Origin: an uncultured bacterium
GTDB taxonomy: Bacteria; Verrucomicrobiota; Verrucomicrobiia; Verrucomicrobiales; DEV007
Length of the DNA: 64,000 bases
Direction: 5' to 3'
NCBI GenBank assembly: GCA_963977015.1
Contig: CAXBMO010000015.1
Location: 32,001 to 96,000 of the forward strand
In this document: piece after piece, positions 27,540-37,928 of the stretch
Numbering within the stretch: the first letter of the stretch is position 1
How the letters are laid out: each line of letters starts with the position of its first letter
Notes under the pieces: generated by a model
What the model was told of the DNA's origin: nothing
The model's input: only the letters and a program-made list of their open reading frames with translations
The model's database searches: none
Program-made: the position numbers and the translations under genes

Positions 27540-30128
27540 ACTTTCCACCCGGCTCATCCGGACCAGATCGCTCATCACAATCGCGGTAATCACCGCCGAA
27601 TAAGTGCCGCCTGATTTCTGGGCAGTTTCATGAATCTGCTGCACGATTTTCGCGTCATCGACGGTCAGCGGACGGCCCAGTGCAAACTGAGTCAACTTCC
27701 ACGTTAGGCTTTCCCGCACCCGGTCGCTCTTCGCCAGCAGATCCATCAACTCCGCCGATGTCTCGTAGCTTACCGGCGACTCCGCGCCCGGAAAGAGAAT
27801 CTCGCCGTCGTCGCGCAACGGGTTTCCATGGTGATCCTTTTCGTGATACGCGCCAATTCCGTCGAACTTCTCCAAGCCAAAGGCAAGCGGTTCAAACCGG
27901 GCGTGACAGCCGCCACAACTGACGTTGGCAATGCGTTGCTCGGCCACGTTGCGATGCGTGAGACCTTCCTTCGTCGGCACCGGTGCGACGTTCAATCCTG
28001 GAGGCGGTTCCTTGACACTGCCGCGCAGAAGATCGTGCAGCACAAAGAGACCACGCGTCACCATGGAAGCTTCGTCGCCACCGATCGTGAGAATACTGCC
28101 CTGCGTGAGCAATCCACCACGCGCCGGAATCGACGCCAACTCATAACGGGCAAGCTCGGCACCCTGAGATTCCAAGCCGTAGTGCCGGGCCAATCTCCCG
28201 GAAGCGAAGGTGACTTGCGCGTTCAGCAGATCCGCCAGCGGACGATTTTGCTTCCAGACAATCTCTTCAAAAAACGCGAGCGTTTCGTTTTGCATGTCCG
28301 CCGCCAATTCCGCACTCCACTTGGGAAACATTTTGGCATTCGGCTGCAAGTGATTAAGGCGATCCAGATCGAGCCATTGCGAAACGAACTGGCGGGACTG
28401 ACGAATCGCTCTCGGGCTCTTCAGCATCCGCTCAACTTGACTCGAAAGCGTCGCCGAATCCGTCAGCTCACCGTTTTGGGCCGACACCAACAGCGCCTGA
28501 TCCGGTGGTCCTCCCCAAACAATGTAGCTGAGTCGTGAAGCCAGCTCGAAGTCGTCAACCATTCCGCCAGACCGCTGATTCTCGATGCGATAGATGAACC
28601 GCGGCGATTGCAACATCGCCTCCAGCACATAACTCATCGCCTCGTCAAAATCGCCACCCGCCGCGGAGACGGTCGTCGCGATTCCTCGAAACGCGTTCAG
28701 CTCAAAACTCTCGACCGGCCCCCGCAAAAGCAATCTTCCCATGTTCTCCAACAACGGACGCATGGGTCTGTCTTCCATACTTCGGCTGCGCCCAAACTTC
28801 GCCACAAACCCGGCGACATCCATTTGCCTGACAATGATGCCGGCCAGTTGCGCATACGCATCCACGTGTTTCAGGTCAACATTCAGGTTGTACGCCGTGT
28901 TGGCAAAGCCGTCGGTTCGCACATCCGGAGGAAGCAACTCCAAGGCTTCCTGCCGAATATCAACACCCACCGTATGCTGAACCGTCTCGATGTATTCGTC
29001 TCGAGTCAGGCGCTGAACCCAGACCTGGCCGCTGGCGCCGTCGTGCTCGTAGATCGCCGGATCGATTGTTTCCAGCGTCCATGGCGCTCCGGCCAAAATC
29101 CATTCCTTGATCAACTGCTTCTCCTCGGAACTCAGGGGATCCCGTTCGTCCGGCATGTCATCGTGTTCGATCTCCTGCCAAATCGCGCTCTTTTCCAGAT
29201 TCCCCGGGACCAGCGCCGGACCACCTTTTCCACCGGCCAGTGCCATTGCCTTTCGAGACAGATCCAGCTTCCCTTTGCGAATGCCGGAATCGTGACATTC
29301 CAGACAATGTTGGGAAAGGAGCGGCGCAATCTGGTGTTCGAACAACTCCGCACCTGGATCCGGACCGCGATTCACCAGCTGCCCTTCATCGATTTCCGAC
29401 GTTGGTCCTGCTTTGAAGCGATTGACAATCTCCGGCCCTTCCAGTTCGCGACTGTAGACGGCCACCCGATAAAAGGTTCCCAGCCACGGCCGGTCCTTGC
29501 TGAGTTCGTTCGCCAAAGCCAGTTGAAAGTTTCCGTCCCAGTTCCGGAGATCCCCGGAAACCTGCTTTTCGACATTCCGTTTCCCGTTCACGAAAATTCG
29601 AGCCTTGCCGTCCCGATTCCGCGTGTAAACAACGTGGGTCAGCTTGGTGGTTACCTGCCCCGAACCGGATGAAACCGACGGCATCCCATTCTTGCTCGTC
29701 TTGCTGCTTCGAAGCCGCACGTCCAAACGATCTTTCTCCTGACCCAGCGTCAGGTTCCGTTCGCTACTGTTTCGCGAAATGGTGAGAATTCGCGCCGGAC
29801 CTTCCTGCCTGGTGTTGTCGGGTTTGATCCAGACTTCGATCGAAATTTCGCCGCTCTTGCCAACTGCCTCACGAACCTTGTCGGGCTTTCGCTCACTTCG
29901 AATGAGGGTTTTTCCGGTGACTTCGAGCGAGCCGACCCGCCGTTGAACCATTTTGGGATTGTCGATCTTCAAGTCGATTGGCTGACCAACTCCGGAACGA
30001 TCATAGACCACGTCGCCAGAGGCGGCGGCAAAGTCGTAGAGAACAATTGGCCCGGATTCTTCCGCAAATCCGCGAATCGCAAAACAGAGGCAGAGAAGAA
30101 AGAGGGAAGGGGACGACTTCGACGGCAT
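27534..30128 (-). CDS. LamG + planctomycete cytochrome c + DUF1587/1592/1588/1585-type protein
   Basis: LamG-like N-terminus; IAPLL.QHCLECH; QRLTRDEY..TV; LQSPRFIYR; ELASRLSY..W.GPPD; RGGLLTQ; SCGGCHARFEPLAFGLE.FD.IG; FALGRPL. Confidence 0.85.
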   Translation of the reverse strand: MPSKSSPSLFLLCLCFAIRGFAEESGPIVLYDFAAASGDVVYDRSGVGQPIDLKIDNPKMVQRRVGSLEVTGKTLIRSERKPDKVREAVGKSGEISIEVWIKPDNTRQEGPARILTISRNSSERNLTLGQEKDRLDVRLRSSKTSKNGMPSVSSGSGQVTTKLTHVVYTRNRDGKARIFVNGKRNVEKQVSGDLRNWDGNFQLALANELSKDRPWLGTFYRVAVYSRELEGPEIVNRFKAGPTSEIDEGQLVNRGPDPGAELFEHQIAPLLSQHCLECHDSGIRKGKLDLSRKAMALAGGKGGPALVPGNLEKSAIWQEIEHDDMPDERDPLSSEEKQLIKEWILAGAPWTLETIDPAIYEHDGASGQVWVQRLTRDEYIETVQHTVGVDIRQEALELLPPDVRTDGFANTAYNLNVDLKHVDAYAQLAGIIVRQMDVAGFVAKFGRSRSMEDRPMRPLLENMGRLLLRGPVESFELNAFRGIATTVSAAGGDFDEAMSYVLEAMLQSPRFIYRIENQRSGGMVDDFELASRLSYIVWGGPPDQALLVSAQNGELTDSATLSSQVERMLKSPRAIRQSRQFVSQWLDLDRLNHLQPNAKMFPKWSAELAADMQNETLAFFEEIVWKQNRPLADLLNAQVTFASGRLARHYGLESQGAELARYELASIPARGGLLTQGSILTIGGDEASMVTRGLFVLHDLLRGSVKEPPPGLNVAPVPTKEGLTHRNVAEQRIANVSCGGCHARFEPLAFGLEKFDGIGAYHEKDHHGNPLRDDGEILFPGAESPVSYETSAELMDLLAKSDRVRESLTWKLTQFALGRPLTVDDAKIVQQIHETAQKSGGTYSAVITAIVMSDLVRMSRVESS

Positions 30129-30208
30129 GAAGGGTTTGTCACCCGCAATTCCCGGAGGTTCGAAATTCGGCTGGCTGAAGTCCGGCTGTCAGACGTAATT
30201 GACCTGAA

Positions 30209-31108
30209 ATGAAGATCGGAATCACGGGAATACGCGGTTACATCGGATCAAGCCTGGCTCGGGCATGTCGCACTGCCGGTCACACGGTCGTCGGGTTTTC
30301 GCGATCAACGAACGCGGCGAGTCCGGAAGCGGATGAGATGCGGGTTCTCCGCGACGGGGAAGGAGACTTGAGCGGGCTCGATGCGTTGGTCCTCCTTGGT
30401 CACGAACCGATCTTTGGAATCTGGACGCCGGAAAAGGCGAAACGCGTTTGGAACAGCCGGGTCGAAACCACGGAAAAACTTCGAAACACCCTGGAAAAAC
30501 TGGATGCGGCGGAAAGGCCCGGCGTTTTGGTTTCCGCATCGGGCATCGCGATTTACGGCGATCGCGGTGATGAGTGGCTGAGCGAAGAGGCCGGAAAAGG
30601 GAAACGCGAATACTTCACCGATCTAACGGAAGCCTGGGAACGCGAAGTGCTGTTGGCTGAAAAACTGGGCGTCCGTCCCGTTTGCGCCCGAATTGGTGTG
30701 GTGCTGGGCAAAGACAGCCCGGCCTGCAATCTCTTCGGCAAGGTCTTCGGGATGGGCCTGGGCGGCAAACTCGGCAGCGGGCGGCAATGGTTTAGCTGGA
30801 TCGGGAGTCAGGATCTCACGCAAATGCTGTTTCGCGCAATCGAAGACTCCAGCATTTCCGGTCCCATCAACTGCGTCAGCCCAAATCCGGTTCGCAACGC
30901 GGAAATGACCCACTTGATCGGCAAGACGCTCAACCGGCCCACCCTGATTCCGGCGCCTGCATTCGGCGTGAAACTTGCGTTTCGAGAGTTGTCGCAGGCT
31001 CTCCTTTCGAGCCAACGGGTCGACCCTGCATTTTGGAAAGGGCGCGACTTCGAATGGGAGGTCGATTCGATCGAAACCGCCTTTGCCGAGGCATTCGGAA
31101 AGGCCTGA
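30209..31108 (+). CDS. TIGR01777-family NAD-dependent epimerase/oxidoreductase
   Basis: GITGIRGYIG, SRVETT, SASGIAIYG, WERE, GLGGKLGSGRQWFSWI and NCVSPNPVRN motifs. Confidence 0.9.
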   Translation: MKIGITGIRGYIGSSLARACRTAGHTVVGFSRSTNAASPEADEMRVLRDGEGDLSGLDALVLLGHEPIFGIWTPEKAKRVWNSRVETTEKLRNTLEKLDAAERPGVLVSASGIAIYGDRGDEWLSEEAGKGKREYFTDLTEAWEREVLLAEKLGVRPVCARIGVVLGKDSPACNLFGKVFGMGLGGKLGSGRQWFSWIGSQDLTQMLFRAIEDSSISGPINCVSPNPVRNAEMTHLIGKTLNRPTLIPAPAFGVKLAFRELSQALLSSQRVDPAFWKGRDFEWEVDSIETAFAEAFGKA

Positions 31109-31111
31109 TCC

Positions 31112-31489
31112 TCAGCCAATGTGGGCGCAATAGGACGCCACATCCATCAAGTGATCCAACGCGTCATCACCGCTCACTTTGATCTTGAACATCCAGCCCT
31201 CGCCGAACGGATCGGTATTCACTTTGGCGGGATCTTCGCCCGTCGCCTCGTTGACCTCGACGACTTCACCGGCGACCGGAGCGTAAATGTCGCTCGCTGA
31301 CTTCACGGACTCGATCACCGCGACCTCTTCTCCAGCTTCCACGACCTTGCCAACTTCCGGCAACTCCAGATAAACGATGTCCGTTAGTTCCGCCTGGGCG
31401 TGATCCGTGATTCCTACGGTGACAATATCGCCTTCGAGGCGAGCCCATTCGTGGGACGTAGCGTATTTGAGTTCGTCGGGAACATTCAT
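31112..31489 (-). CDS. gcvH: Glycine cleavage system H protein
   Basis: SHEW, VGITDHAQ, ESVKSASD (lipoyl Lys) and NTDPFGEGW motifs. Confidence 0.97.
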   Translation of the reverse strand: MNVPDELKYATSHEWARLEGDIVTVGITDHAQAELTDIVYLELPEVGKVVEAGEEVAVIESVKSASDIYAPVAGEVVEVNEATGEDPAKVNTDPFGEGWMFKIKVSGDDALDHLMDVASYCAHIG

Positions 31490-31569
31490 GCTAGGAACGA
31501 ATGGAGCGGGATGGGAACGAATTCAAATCGAACCTGCCATTGGCCGAAAATCGGCTCGCTCCCTTCCGG

Positions 31570-31980
31570 TCACCCAACCCAGATAAATTCGACGGGGATT
31601 TCGATATCGTGGAGCAGGCTTTGATGAACCGGACAGGTCAACGCCGCTTTCTCCAGGGCTTTGGCTCTGGGATGGTCCGAGGGGAGGGGAATCTCGATTT
31701 CGACCTCCAGTCTGGCGATGCGGCGGGGCGGATCGGTCTTCATGATCTTGCGGACTTTCGCCGTCATCCCTACCAAGTCGATTTCGTGCTGCTGAGCATA
31801 GATCCCCATCACGGTTTGCATGCAGGAGCCCAGTGCCGTCGCCACCAGATCGGTCGGTGAAAAGCTCTCGCCTTTCCCGTGATTGTCGACGGGCGCATCG
31901 GTGAAGAGCTTTTCGCCGGATGGACCATGGGTAGCGGTGGTTCGCAAATCACCGTCGTAGGAAAATTGGATTTCTACCAT
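31570..31980 (-). CDS. OsmC-family protein
   Basis: TDAPVDNHGKGESFSPTDL..ALGSC...CPVHQSL; ATG at 31980. Confidence 0.9.
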   Translation of the reverse strand: MVEIQFSYDGDLRTTATHGPSGEKLFTDAPVDNHGKGESFSPTDLVATALGSCMQTVMGIYAQQHEIDLVGMTAKVRKIMKTDPPRRIARLEVEIEIPLPSDHPRAKALEKAALTCPVHQSLLHDIEIPVEFIWVG

Positions 31981-32000
31981 GCGTGAACGGTAGGACAATC

Positions 32001-33188
32001 CTAGCCCCGAAGCAATTCCTGAGCGATGGTCCGCGCGCCATCCTGAGGCACAAAGTTCACGGCTCGCTCTTCGAACGGAAGGTGGGCGAGGCGCTCAAAA
32101 TGCTCATTGATCTTGGTGACAATTGCCTTCGGTGAACGGGAAAAATCTCCCAATCCATGTTCCTGGACGAAGCGGACGTTGGGGTATTCCTGGCCCGGCA
32201 CAAAATCATAAAGCAGGACATAAGCGCCAACCGTCAACGCTTCCATCAACACGGTCGGACTTGCCTTGATCAGGGCCATGTCGCTCGCCGCGAGCATCTC
32301 GGGAAGATTCGAGACAAAACCATGCAGATGAATGTTGTCCCCGAATTTCTGGGCTTCCAACTTTCGCTTCAGCGCCTCGTTCTTTCCGCAGACCAGATGC
32401 ACGTCGATCCCTTTCGACACTTTCGCCAACGCCGGAGCAATCCGCTGAATCCCCATCCCATCGGCTCCGCCGACGCAAATCACGGAAGGTCGCTCGAAAC
32501 CCAGCTCGTTGCGAAGTTGATTGCGGCGGGCGCGGAGCTCGAAAAGCCGCGAAGCCAGGGGCAGTCCGGTCAGTTGAATCTTTTCCCGAGGAATTTTCTG
32601 CTTCAGCGCCCGATTCATCATCGCCTCGGTCGGCACAAAGTAGCGATCCGCGCCATGGGCAAACCAGCTCGCGTGTCCATACACCAAATCGGTCACCACG
32701 GTCGCAATCTGTGGACGATTGACCATGCCCTGTACCGTCTTGTAGGTGGCGTAGGTGAGGCAGGGATGCAAAACCACAACCAAATCCGGATCGCCCTCAA
32801 CAATCGAGCGGCGCAGCGCATGCTTGCTGAAACGTTGCCAGGGGTAGATCAACGTGTTGGAAAGGCGGCGCCCATTGGTCAGGTAAAACGTGGTGCGCCA
32901 GAGATTCCGTTTCTCGCTCCAACGGGTATAGAGTTCCGGCATCCGATGAATCGGAAATCGCCCGGTTTCGCGCAACCCATCAACAATGTCGACATGGAGA
33001 TCCGGCCCCGCCTCGAGCAGAGCATCCCGAAGAGCGGTCGCGCATGCCCGGTGTCCGCCTCCAGTGTCAGAAATAAGCAGCCTAATTCTTCGGATTTCCG
33101 TTGCGCGATTGAGGTCGCGTTTCGAATCACCGAACCATCTTGGCCTTTGAAGTCGGATCATTTCGGGCGAAAGTTTGCGTAAGGTCAA
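32001..33188 (-). CDS. MGDG-synthase/UgtP-like glycosyltransferase (GT28); start codon uncertain
   Basis: SDTGGGH, TVVTD...H.SW, TGLP, VCGKN, GFV, EAL and PGQE..N motifs. Confidence 0.85.
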   Translation of the reverse strand: MTLRKLSPEMIRLQRPRWFGDSKRDLNRATEIRRIRLLISDTGGGHRACATALRDALLEAGPDLHVDIVDGLRETGRFPIHRMPELYTRWSEKRNLWRTTFYLTNGRRLSNTLIYPWQRFSKHALRRSIVEGDPDLVVVLHPCLTYATYKTVQGMVNRPQIATVVTDLVYGHASWFAHGADRYFVPTEAMMNRALKQKIPREKIQLTGLPLASRLFELRARRNQLRNELGFERPSVICVGGADGMGIQRIAPALAKVSKGIDVHLVCGKNEALKRKLEAQKFGDNIHLHGFVSNLPEMLAASDMALIKASPTVLMEALTVGAYVLLYDFVPGQEYPNVRFVQEHGLGDFSRSPKAIVTKINEHFERLAHLPFEERAVNFVPQDGARTIAQELLRG

Positions 33189-33385
33189 AAAATGTCACGA
33201 GCTTTTTGATAGGTTAGGATTCCTGATGCCTAGGTTGCCCGTGAAATCCGGGTATTTTGACGAAAATGTCACCAAGGCAGGGCATCTCGGATGCGATCGC
33301 GCGAGACTTTCCCTAAAAATTGATCGTATTCTCACGATTCTCAGCCAATTTACCGCGTTGCCCCTGATACTGATCCTTTAGATAC

Positions 33386-36190
33386 ATGAATTCCTTTGTT
33401 TCCGCTCGGTTGAACGCCGATCTGCTGGACGAAAAATACGCTCTTTGGAAAAACGACCCACGCTCCGTTGAAACGGATTGGTCCGCCTTTTTCGAAGGGT
33501 TCGAACTTGGAACATCCCAGCTCAAACTCGGGAAAAACGAAGGAACGAAAGCGGATGCGGGCCCTGCCGACGAACTCCAGTTGGCACGCCGTGCCCTGGT
33601 CGTGAGCATGGTCTACAACTACCGTTTGCTCGGGCACACTCAGGCTTGGCTGGATCCCCTGAGCACCTCTGCGCCACGGAACGAACGACTGAGTCTCGAA
33701 ACGCTCGGATTTACGGAAGAGGATTTGGATCGCGAAGTTCAGAGCCAATTTTTCCGCCGCGCCCGGCGGATGACGTTGCGCGCGATGATCGAGGAATTGG
33801 AGTCGATCTATTGCGATAAGATCGGATTCGAGTTCATGCACATCAACAACCACGATGTGCGCCACTGGCTCCGCGATCGGATTGAGGCACGCAATGAGCT
33901 TCCGCCGCCGAAACCCAAGAAGAAAAAGCAGGTCCTGCGCTGGTTGGTCGAGGCAGAGAGCTTTGAGCAATTTCTTCACCACAAGTATGTCGGTCAGAAA
34001 CGCTTCGGACTCGACGGTGGTGAATCCGTGATGGTGGCTCTCGGCGCGATCCTGGAAGGATGCCCTGGTGCCGGAATCGATCACATCGTCATGGGGATGG
34101 CTCACCGTGGACGCCTCAACGTTCTCGCCAACTTTCTTCGCAAGCCCCTCAAGGTGTTGCTCTACGAGTTCAGCGAAAACTATGTCCCGAACGTCGCCAT
34201 GGGCGATGGCGATGTGAAATATCACCTGGGTTTTGAGACGGAACGGAAAACGGAGAACGGCACCGAAATTGGAATTTCGCTCGCCGCGAACCCCAGCCAC
34301 CTCGAAGCGGTGAATGCCGTGGTTGAAGGAAAGGCGCGGGCCCGCCAGCGTCTGGCCAACTATCCGGACGACGACAGTGTCAACCGCGACACGGTGCTGC
34401 CCGTTCTGCTCCATGGTGATGCCGCATTTGCCGGACAGGGTCCGGTGGCGGAGGTCTTGAACCTTTCCAAACTTCCCGGCTATCGCACGGGTGGAACCAT
34501 CCACATCATCATCAACAACCAGATTGGATTCACGACTTCGCCCGAGGACGCCCGTTCATCCGACTATTGCACTGACGTGGCCAAAATGATCGAGGCCCCG
34601 ATTTTTCACGTCAACGGCGACCATCCCATGGAGGTGGCCTTCGTTACCGAATTGGCGTTGGAGTTCCGTCAAAAATACAACACGGATGTGGTTCTGGATA
34701 TCGTGTGTTATCGCCGCCACGGCCACAATGAGGGCGATGAGCCCGCCTTTACCCAGCCGCTTCGCTATCGCGACATTCGCAACCACGATGGCGTCGCCAA
34801 ACTCTTCGAGAAACAGTTGCTCGAGAATCAGGACCTGAGCGAAGAGCAGATCCAAGAGATTCACTCCGAGTTCGAAACCCGGATGAACAACGAATACGAG
34901 GCTCTGAAGGAAAAGGAGAGCAAAGGCGAAGGCCACATTTTCGCCGGTTCCTCAGCCGTGATCCAGCTTCCCTATTCCCACGCGCCATTCGAAACCGGGA
35001 TTGAAGAAGACAAGCTTCGGCACATCGCCAAGCGCCTCGGCGAATTGCCAGAGGGCTTCAAGGCCAACGACAAACTGGATAAGCGTTTTCTCGCCGTCCG
35101 CCGCAAAGCCGCGGAAAAAGGGGGCCCCTTCAACTGGGCTTTTGCCGAAAGCCTCGCCTTTGGCTCGCTCCTCATCGAAGGCTATGCCGTAAGACTTTCC
35201 GGCCAGGATTGCCGCCGCGGAACCTTCAGCCAACGCCACGTCGTCCTTTATGACGTCGAAACTCGCGAGCGCTATTTTCCGTTGAAAAATGTCGCGAAGG
35301 AAGGCGAGGAGCAGGGTCGCTTCTTCGTGTTCAACTCCCTGCTGTCCGAAGCCGCCGTTCTCGGTTTTGAATACGGCTACTCCCTCGTCGCGCAAGACAT
35401 GCTCGTGATGTGGGAAGCTCAGTTTGGCGACTTTGCCAATGGTGCGCAGGTGATTATCGATCAGTTCCTCTCATCGGCCGAATCCAAGTGGCAGCAGCCG
35501 AGCAATGTGGTGATGCTGCTTCCCCACGGCTACGAAGGCATGGGCCCCGAGCACTCCAGCGCCCGATTGGAGCGTTTCCTCCAACTCTGTGCCGACAACA
35601 ACATGCAGGTTTGCAACCTGACAACGCCCGCTCAGTACTTTCACCTTCTCCGTCGCCAGGCGCTGCGCAAACCGCGCAAACCGCTCATCTTGATGACGCC
35701 GAAGAGCTTGCTGAACCATCCGCTCTGCGTCAGCCACGAAGCCGACATGACAGGCGACACCCACTTCCAGGAAGTCATCGATGACGATCAACTGGTTGAT
35801 GATCCGGATCGCGTGACTCGCCTTGTTTTCTGTAGCGGCAAGGTCTACTACGACCTTCTCAAATACCGCAACGAGGAGAAAATCCGCAATGCCGCCATCA
35901 TTCGGTTGGAGCAATTTTACCCCTTCCACAAGGAAGCGATCGCAACGATCGTCGAGCGTTACCCACGGGCGAACAAGAAGTGGGTTTGGGCGCAGGAGGA
36001 ACCGAAGAACATGGGCGGCTGGACCTTTATTGCACCGCGATTGCAGAAAATCGCCGACAAGGTCGCTGGCGGTGATCACGTCAACCTTCGTTACGCCGGT
36101 CGCGACAGTAGCGCGAGCCCTGCTGCTGGAGCGAAGGCGATTCATGTGCGAGAACAGGCGCGGTTGGTTCGCGAAGCGTTCTCCGGTTAA
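33386..36190 (+). CDS. sucA: 2-oxoglutarate dehydrogenase E1
   Basis: GMAHRGRLN, GDVKYHLG, NPSHLE, HGDAAFAGQG, WEAQFGDFANGAQ and LPHGYEG.GPEHSSAR motifs. Confidence 0.97.
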   Translation: MNSFVSARLNADLLDEKYALWKNDPRSVETDWSAFFEGFELGTSQLKLGKNEGTKADAGPADELQLARRALVVSMVYNYRLLGHTQAWLDPLSTSAPRNERLSLETLGFTEEDLDREVQSQFFRRARRMTLRAMIEELESIYCDKIGFEFMHINNHDVRHWLRDRIEARNELPPPKPKKKKQVLRWLVEAESFEQFLHHKYVGQKRFGLDGGESVMVALGAILEGCPGAGIDHIVMGMAHRGRLNVLANFLRKPLKVLLYEFSENYVPNVAMGDGDVKYHLGFETERKTENGTEIGISLAANPSHLEAVNAVVEGKARARQRLANYPDDDSVNRDTVLPVLLHGDAAFAGQGPVAEVLNLSKLPGYRTGGTIHIIINNQIGFTTSPEDARSSDYCTDVAKMIEAPIFHVNGDHPMEVAFVTELALEFRQKYNTDVVLDIVCYRRHGHNEGDEPAFTQPLRYRDIRNHDGVAKLFEKQLLENQDLSEEQIQEIHSEFETRMNNEYEALKEKESKGEGHIFAGSSAVIQLPYSHAPFETGIEEDKLRHIAKRLGELPEGFKANDKLDKRFLAVRRKAAEKGGPFNWAFAESLAFGSLLIEGYAVRLSGQDCRRGTFSQRHVVLYDVETRERYFPLKNVAKEGEEQGRFFVFNSLLSEAAVLGFEYGYSLVAQDMLVMWEAQFGDFANGAQVIIDQFLSSAESKWQQPSNVVMLLPHGYEGMGPEHSSARLERFLQLCADNNMQVCNLTTPAQYFHLLRRQALRKPRKPLILMTPKSLLNHPLCVSHEADMTGDTHFQEVIDDDQLVDDPDRVTRLVFCSGKVYYDLLKYRNEEKIRNAAIIRLEQFYPFHKEAIATIVERYPRANKKWVWAQEEPKNMGGWTFIAPRLQKIADKVAGGDHVNLRYAGRDSSASPAAGAKAIHVREQARLVREAFSG

Positions 36191-36228
36191 ACTCACGATC
36201 CACAATCTCATTTTTTTGATTCCTAAAA

Positions 36229-37347
36229 ATGGCTAACGAAATTCGTATCCCTTCCGTCGGAGAATCCATCACGTCCGGCACAATTGCGGAATGGCTGGTG
36301 GAAGATGGTGCTCATGTCGATTCCGGCGATGCCGTGTTGATGTTGGAAACCGACAAGATCTCCACCGAAGTTCCGGCGGAACACGCGGGAATCGTTCGCA
36401 TTCAGGTGGAAGCCGGTGAGGAAGTCGAGATCGGAGCCGTGGTTGGATCGATTGAAGAAGGCGACGCCGCTCCTTCAGCCACCGAATCCGAACCAAAGGA
36501 AGAGCCAAAAGCGGAAGCCAAATCTGAACCCGATCCTGAATCCGCCACCGAAACCAAGCCGGAATCAGAAGCGCCCGAAGAGTCCGAACCGCAGCCTGAG
36601 CTGAAAGTCGTCGAGCCGACTGCTATATCCGTGCCGGATTCGGAACGCGTGACCCGCAAGCGGATGTCTCCGCTTCGCCGCAAGATTGCCTCACACCTCG
36701 TCAACGCGCAGCAAACTGCGGCAATGCTCACGACCTTTAATGAGGTCGATATGAGCGAAGTGATGGATTTGCGCAAACAGCTTCAACCCTGGTTTGTGGA
36801 GAAGTATGGCGTGAAGCTGGGCTTCATGTCGTTTTTCGTGAAAGCCGTTGTCGAGGCTCTCAAATCCGTCCCCGCCGTGAATGGCCGGATCGATGGCGAA
36901 GACGTGATCCAACATCACTTTTATGATATTGGCGTCGCCATCGGCACCGACAAAGGCCTGATGGTTCCGGTCCTGCGGGATTGCGATCAAAAGAGCTTTG
37001 CGGACATTGAGCGCGACATCATCGCCTACGCCGAACGCGCCCGGGCCGGAAAAATCCAATTGGGAGATCTCCAGGGCGGCGTGTTCACAATTTCAAACGG
37101 TGGAATCTATGGATCCGTCCTCAGCACACCGATTCTGAACTTCCCCCAAAGTGCGATTTTGGGAATGCACGCGATTCAACAGCGCCCCATCGCCGTGGAT
37201 GGCGAAGTGGTGATTCGGCCCATGATGAACCTGGCCATGAGCTACGATCACCGCATCATCGATGGAAAAGAAGCGGTCACGTTCCTCGTCCGCATCAAGG
37301 AATGCATCGAGGCTCCCGCTCAAATGATGGTCGCGGCCAACGCCTGA
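36229..37347 (+). CDS. sucB: Dihydrolipoamide succinyltransferase E2
   Basis: Lipoyl domain [21 protein letters not shown] and SYDHRIIDG motifs. Confidence 0.96.
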   Translation: MANEIRIPSVGESITSGTIAEWLVEDGAHVDSGDAVLMLETDKISTEVPAEHAGIVRIQVEAGEEVEIGAVVGSIEEGDAAPSATESEPKEEPKAEAKSEPDPESATETKPESEAPEESEPQPELKVVEPTAISVPDSERVTRKRMSPLRRKIASHLVNAQQTAAMLTTFNEVDMSEVMDLRKQLQPWFVEKYGVKLGFMSFFVKAVVEALKSVPAVNGRIDGEDVIQHHFYDIGVAIGTDKGLMVPVLRDCDQKSFADIERDIIAYAERARAGKIQLGDLQGGVFTISNGGIYGSVLSTPILNFPQSAILGMHAIQQRPIAVDGEVVIRPMMNLAMSYDHRIIDGKEAVTFLVRIKECIEAPAQMMVAANA

Positions 37348-37725
37348 TCAGGCATCGGCAGAAACGGCGGCGCCTTCAAGCTCCAACTCAATGCGGGGAG
37401 CGTCTCCCCACAGGTCTTCGAGCGCGAAATGCCCACGCTTGTCGGTGTGGAAAACGTGAACAATCACGTCCCCGTAATCGAGCACGACCCATTCGCTTTC
37501 CGGCTTTCCATCCGCGGAAGCCGGAGCCACGCCGTGGTCGTTCTTCAGCTTCTCGCGGATTTCGCGTTGGATCGCCTTGAGATGCGGTTTGGACGTTCCC
37601 GTGCAAATCACAAAGTAATCGGTGATGGAAGAAATCCCTTTCAAATCCAAAACCATGATCTCCTCCGCCTGCATGTCATCGGCAAGTGTTGCGGCGGTTT
37701 TGGCTAACTCCAGTCCTTCTATCAA
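37348..37725 (-). CDS. rsfS: Ribosome silencing factor
   Basis: VLDL...TDYFVICTG, WVVLDYGDVIVHVF and LEDLWGDA motifs. Confidence 0.95.
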   Translation of the reverse strand: MIEGLELAKTAATLADDMQAEEIMVLDLKGISSITDYFVICTGTSKPHLKAIQREIREKLKNDHGVAPASADGKPESEWVVLDYGDVIVHVFHTDKRGHFALEDLWGDAPRIELELEGAAVSADA

Positions 37726-37818
37726 AATGTGCTCGTGTTAAAAATTCGGACACTAAGAGTACGACCGAACTGAGGAAATGCAATCGGCGTTGTCGGCCGG
37801 ATTCGTTTCCGTTAGACC

Positions 37819-37887
37819 TCGCCGTAAAGCGTGTGGCCGGTCGTCTCGGTAATCTTGACGTCAAACAGCTTCCCGATCAGGCGGTCA
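37819..37887. repeat. 69-bp direct repeat, copy 1 (displaced miaB 3' end; att-like)
   Basis: TCGCCGTAAAGC...GATCAGGCGGTCA is identical to 40109-40177; with its flank it reads DRLIGKLFDVKITETTGHTLYGEV-stop on the minus strand. Confidence 0.97.
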
Positions 37888-37928
37888 CGGTGATGACTTG
37901 GTTCCTAAGTCCACACACCCGTCAGCTC

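Noticed and set aside
33350-34504. 384-aa minus-strand ORF, and similar ones at 28608-29672, 32157-33182, 45735-46649 and 59638-60507
   Set aside because: Each lies antisense to a well-supported gene and has no recognisable motifs.
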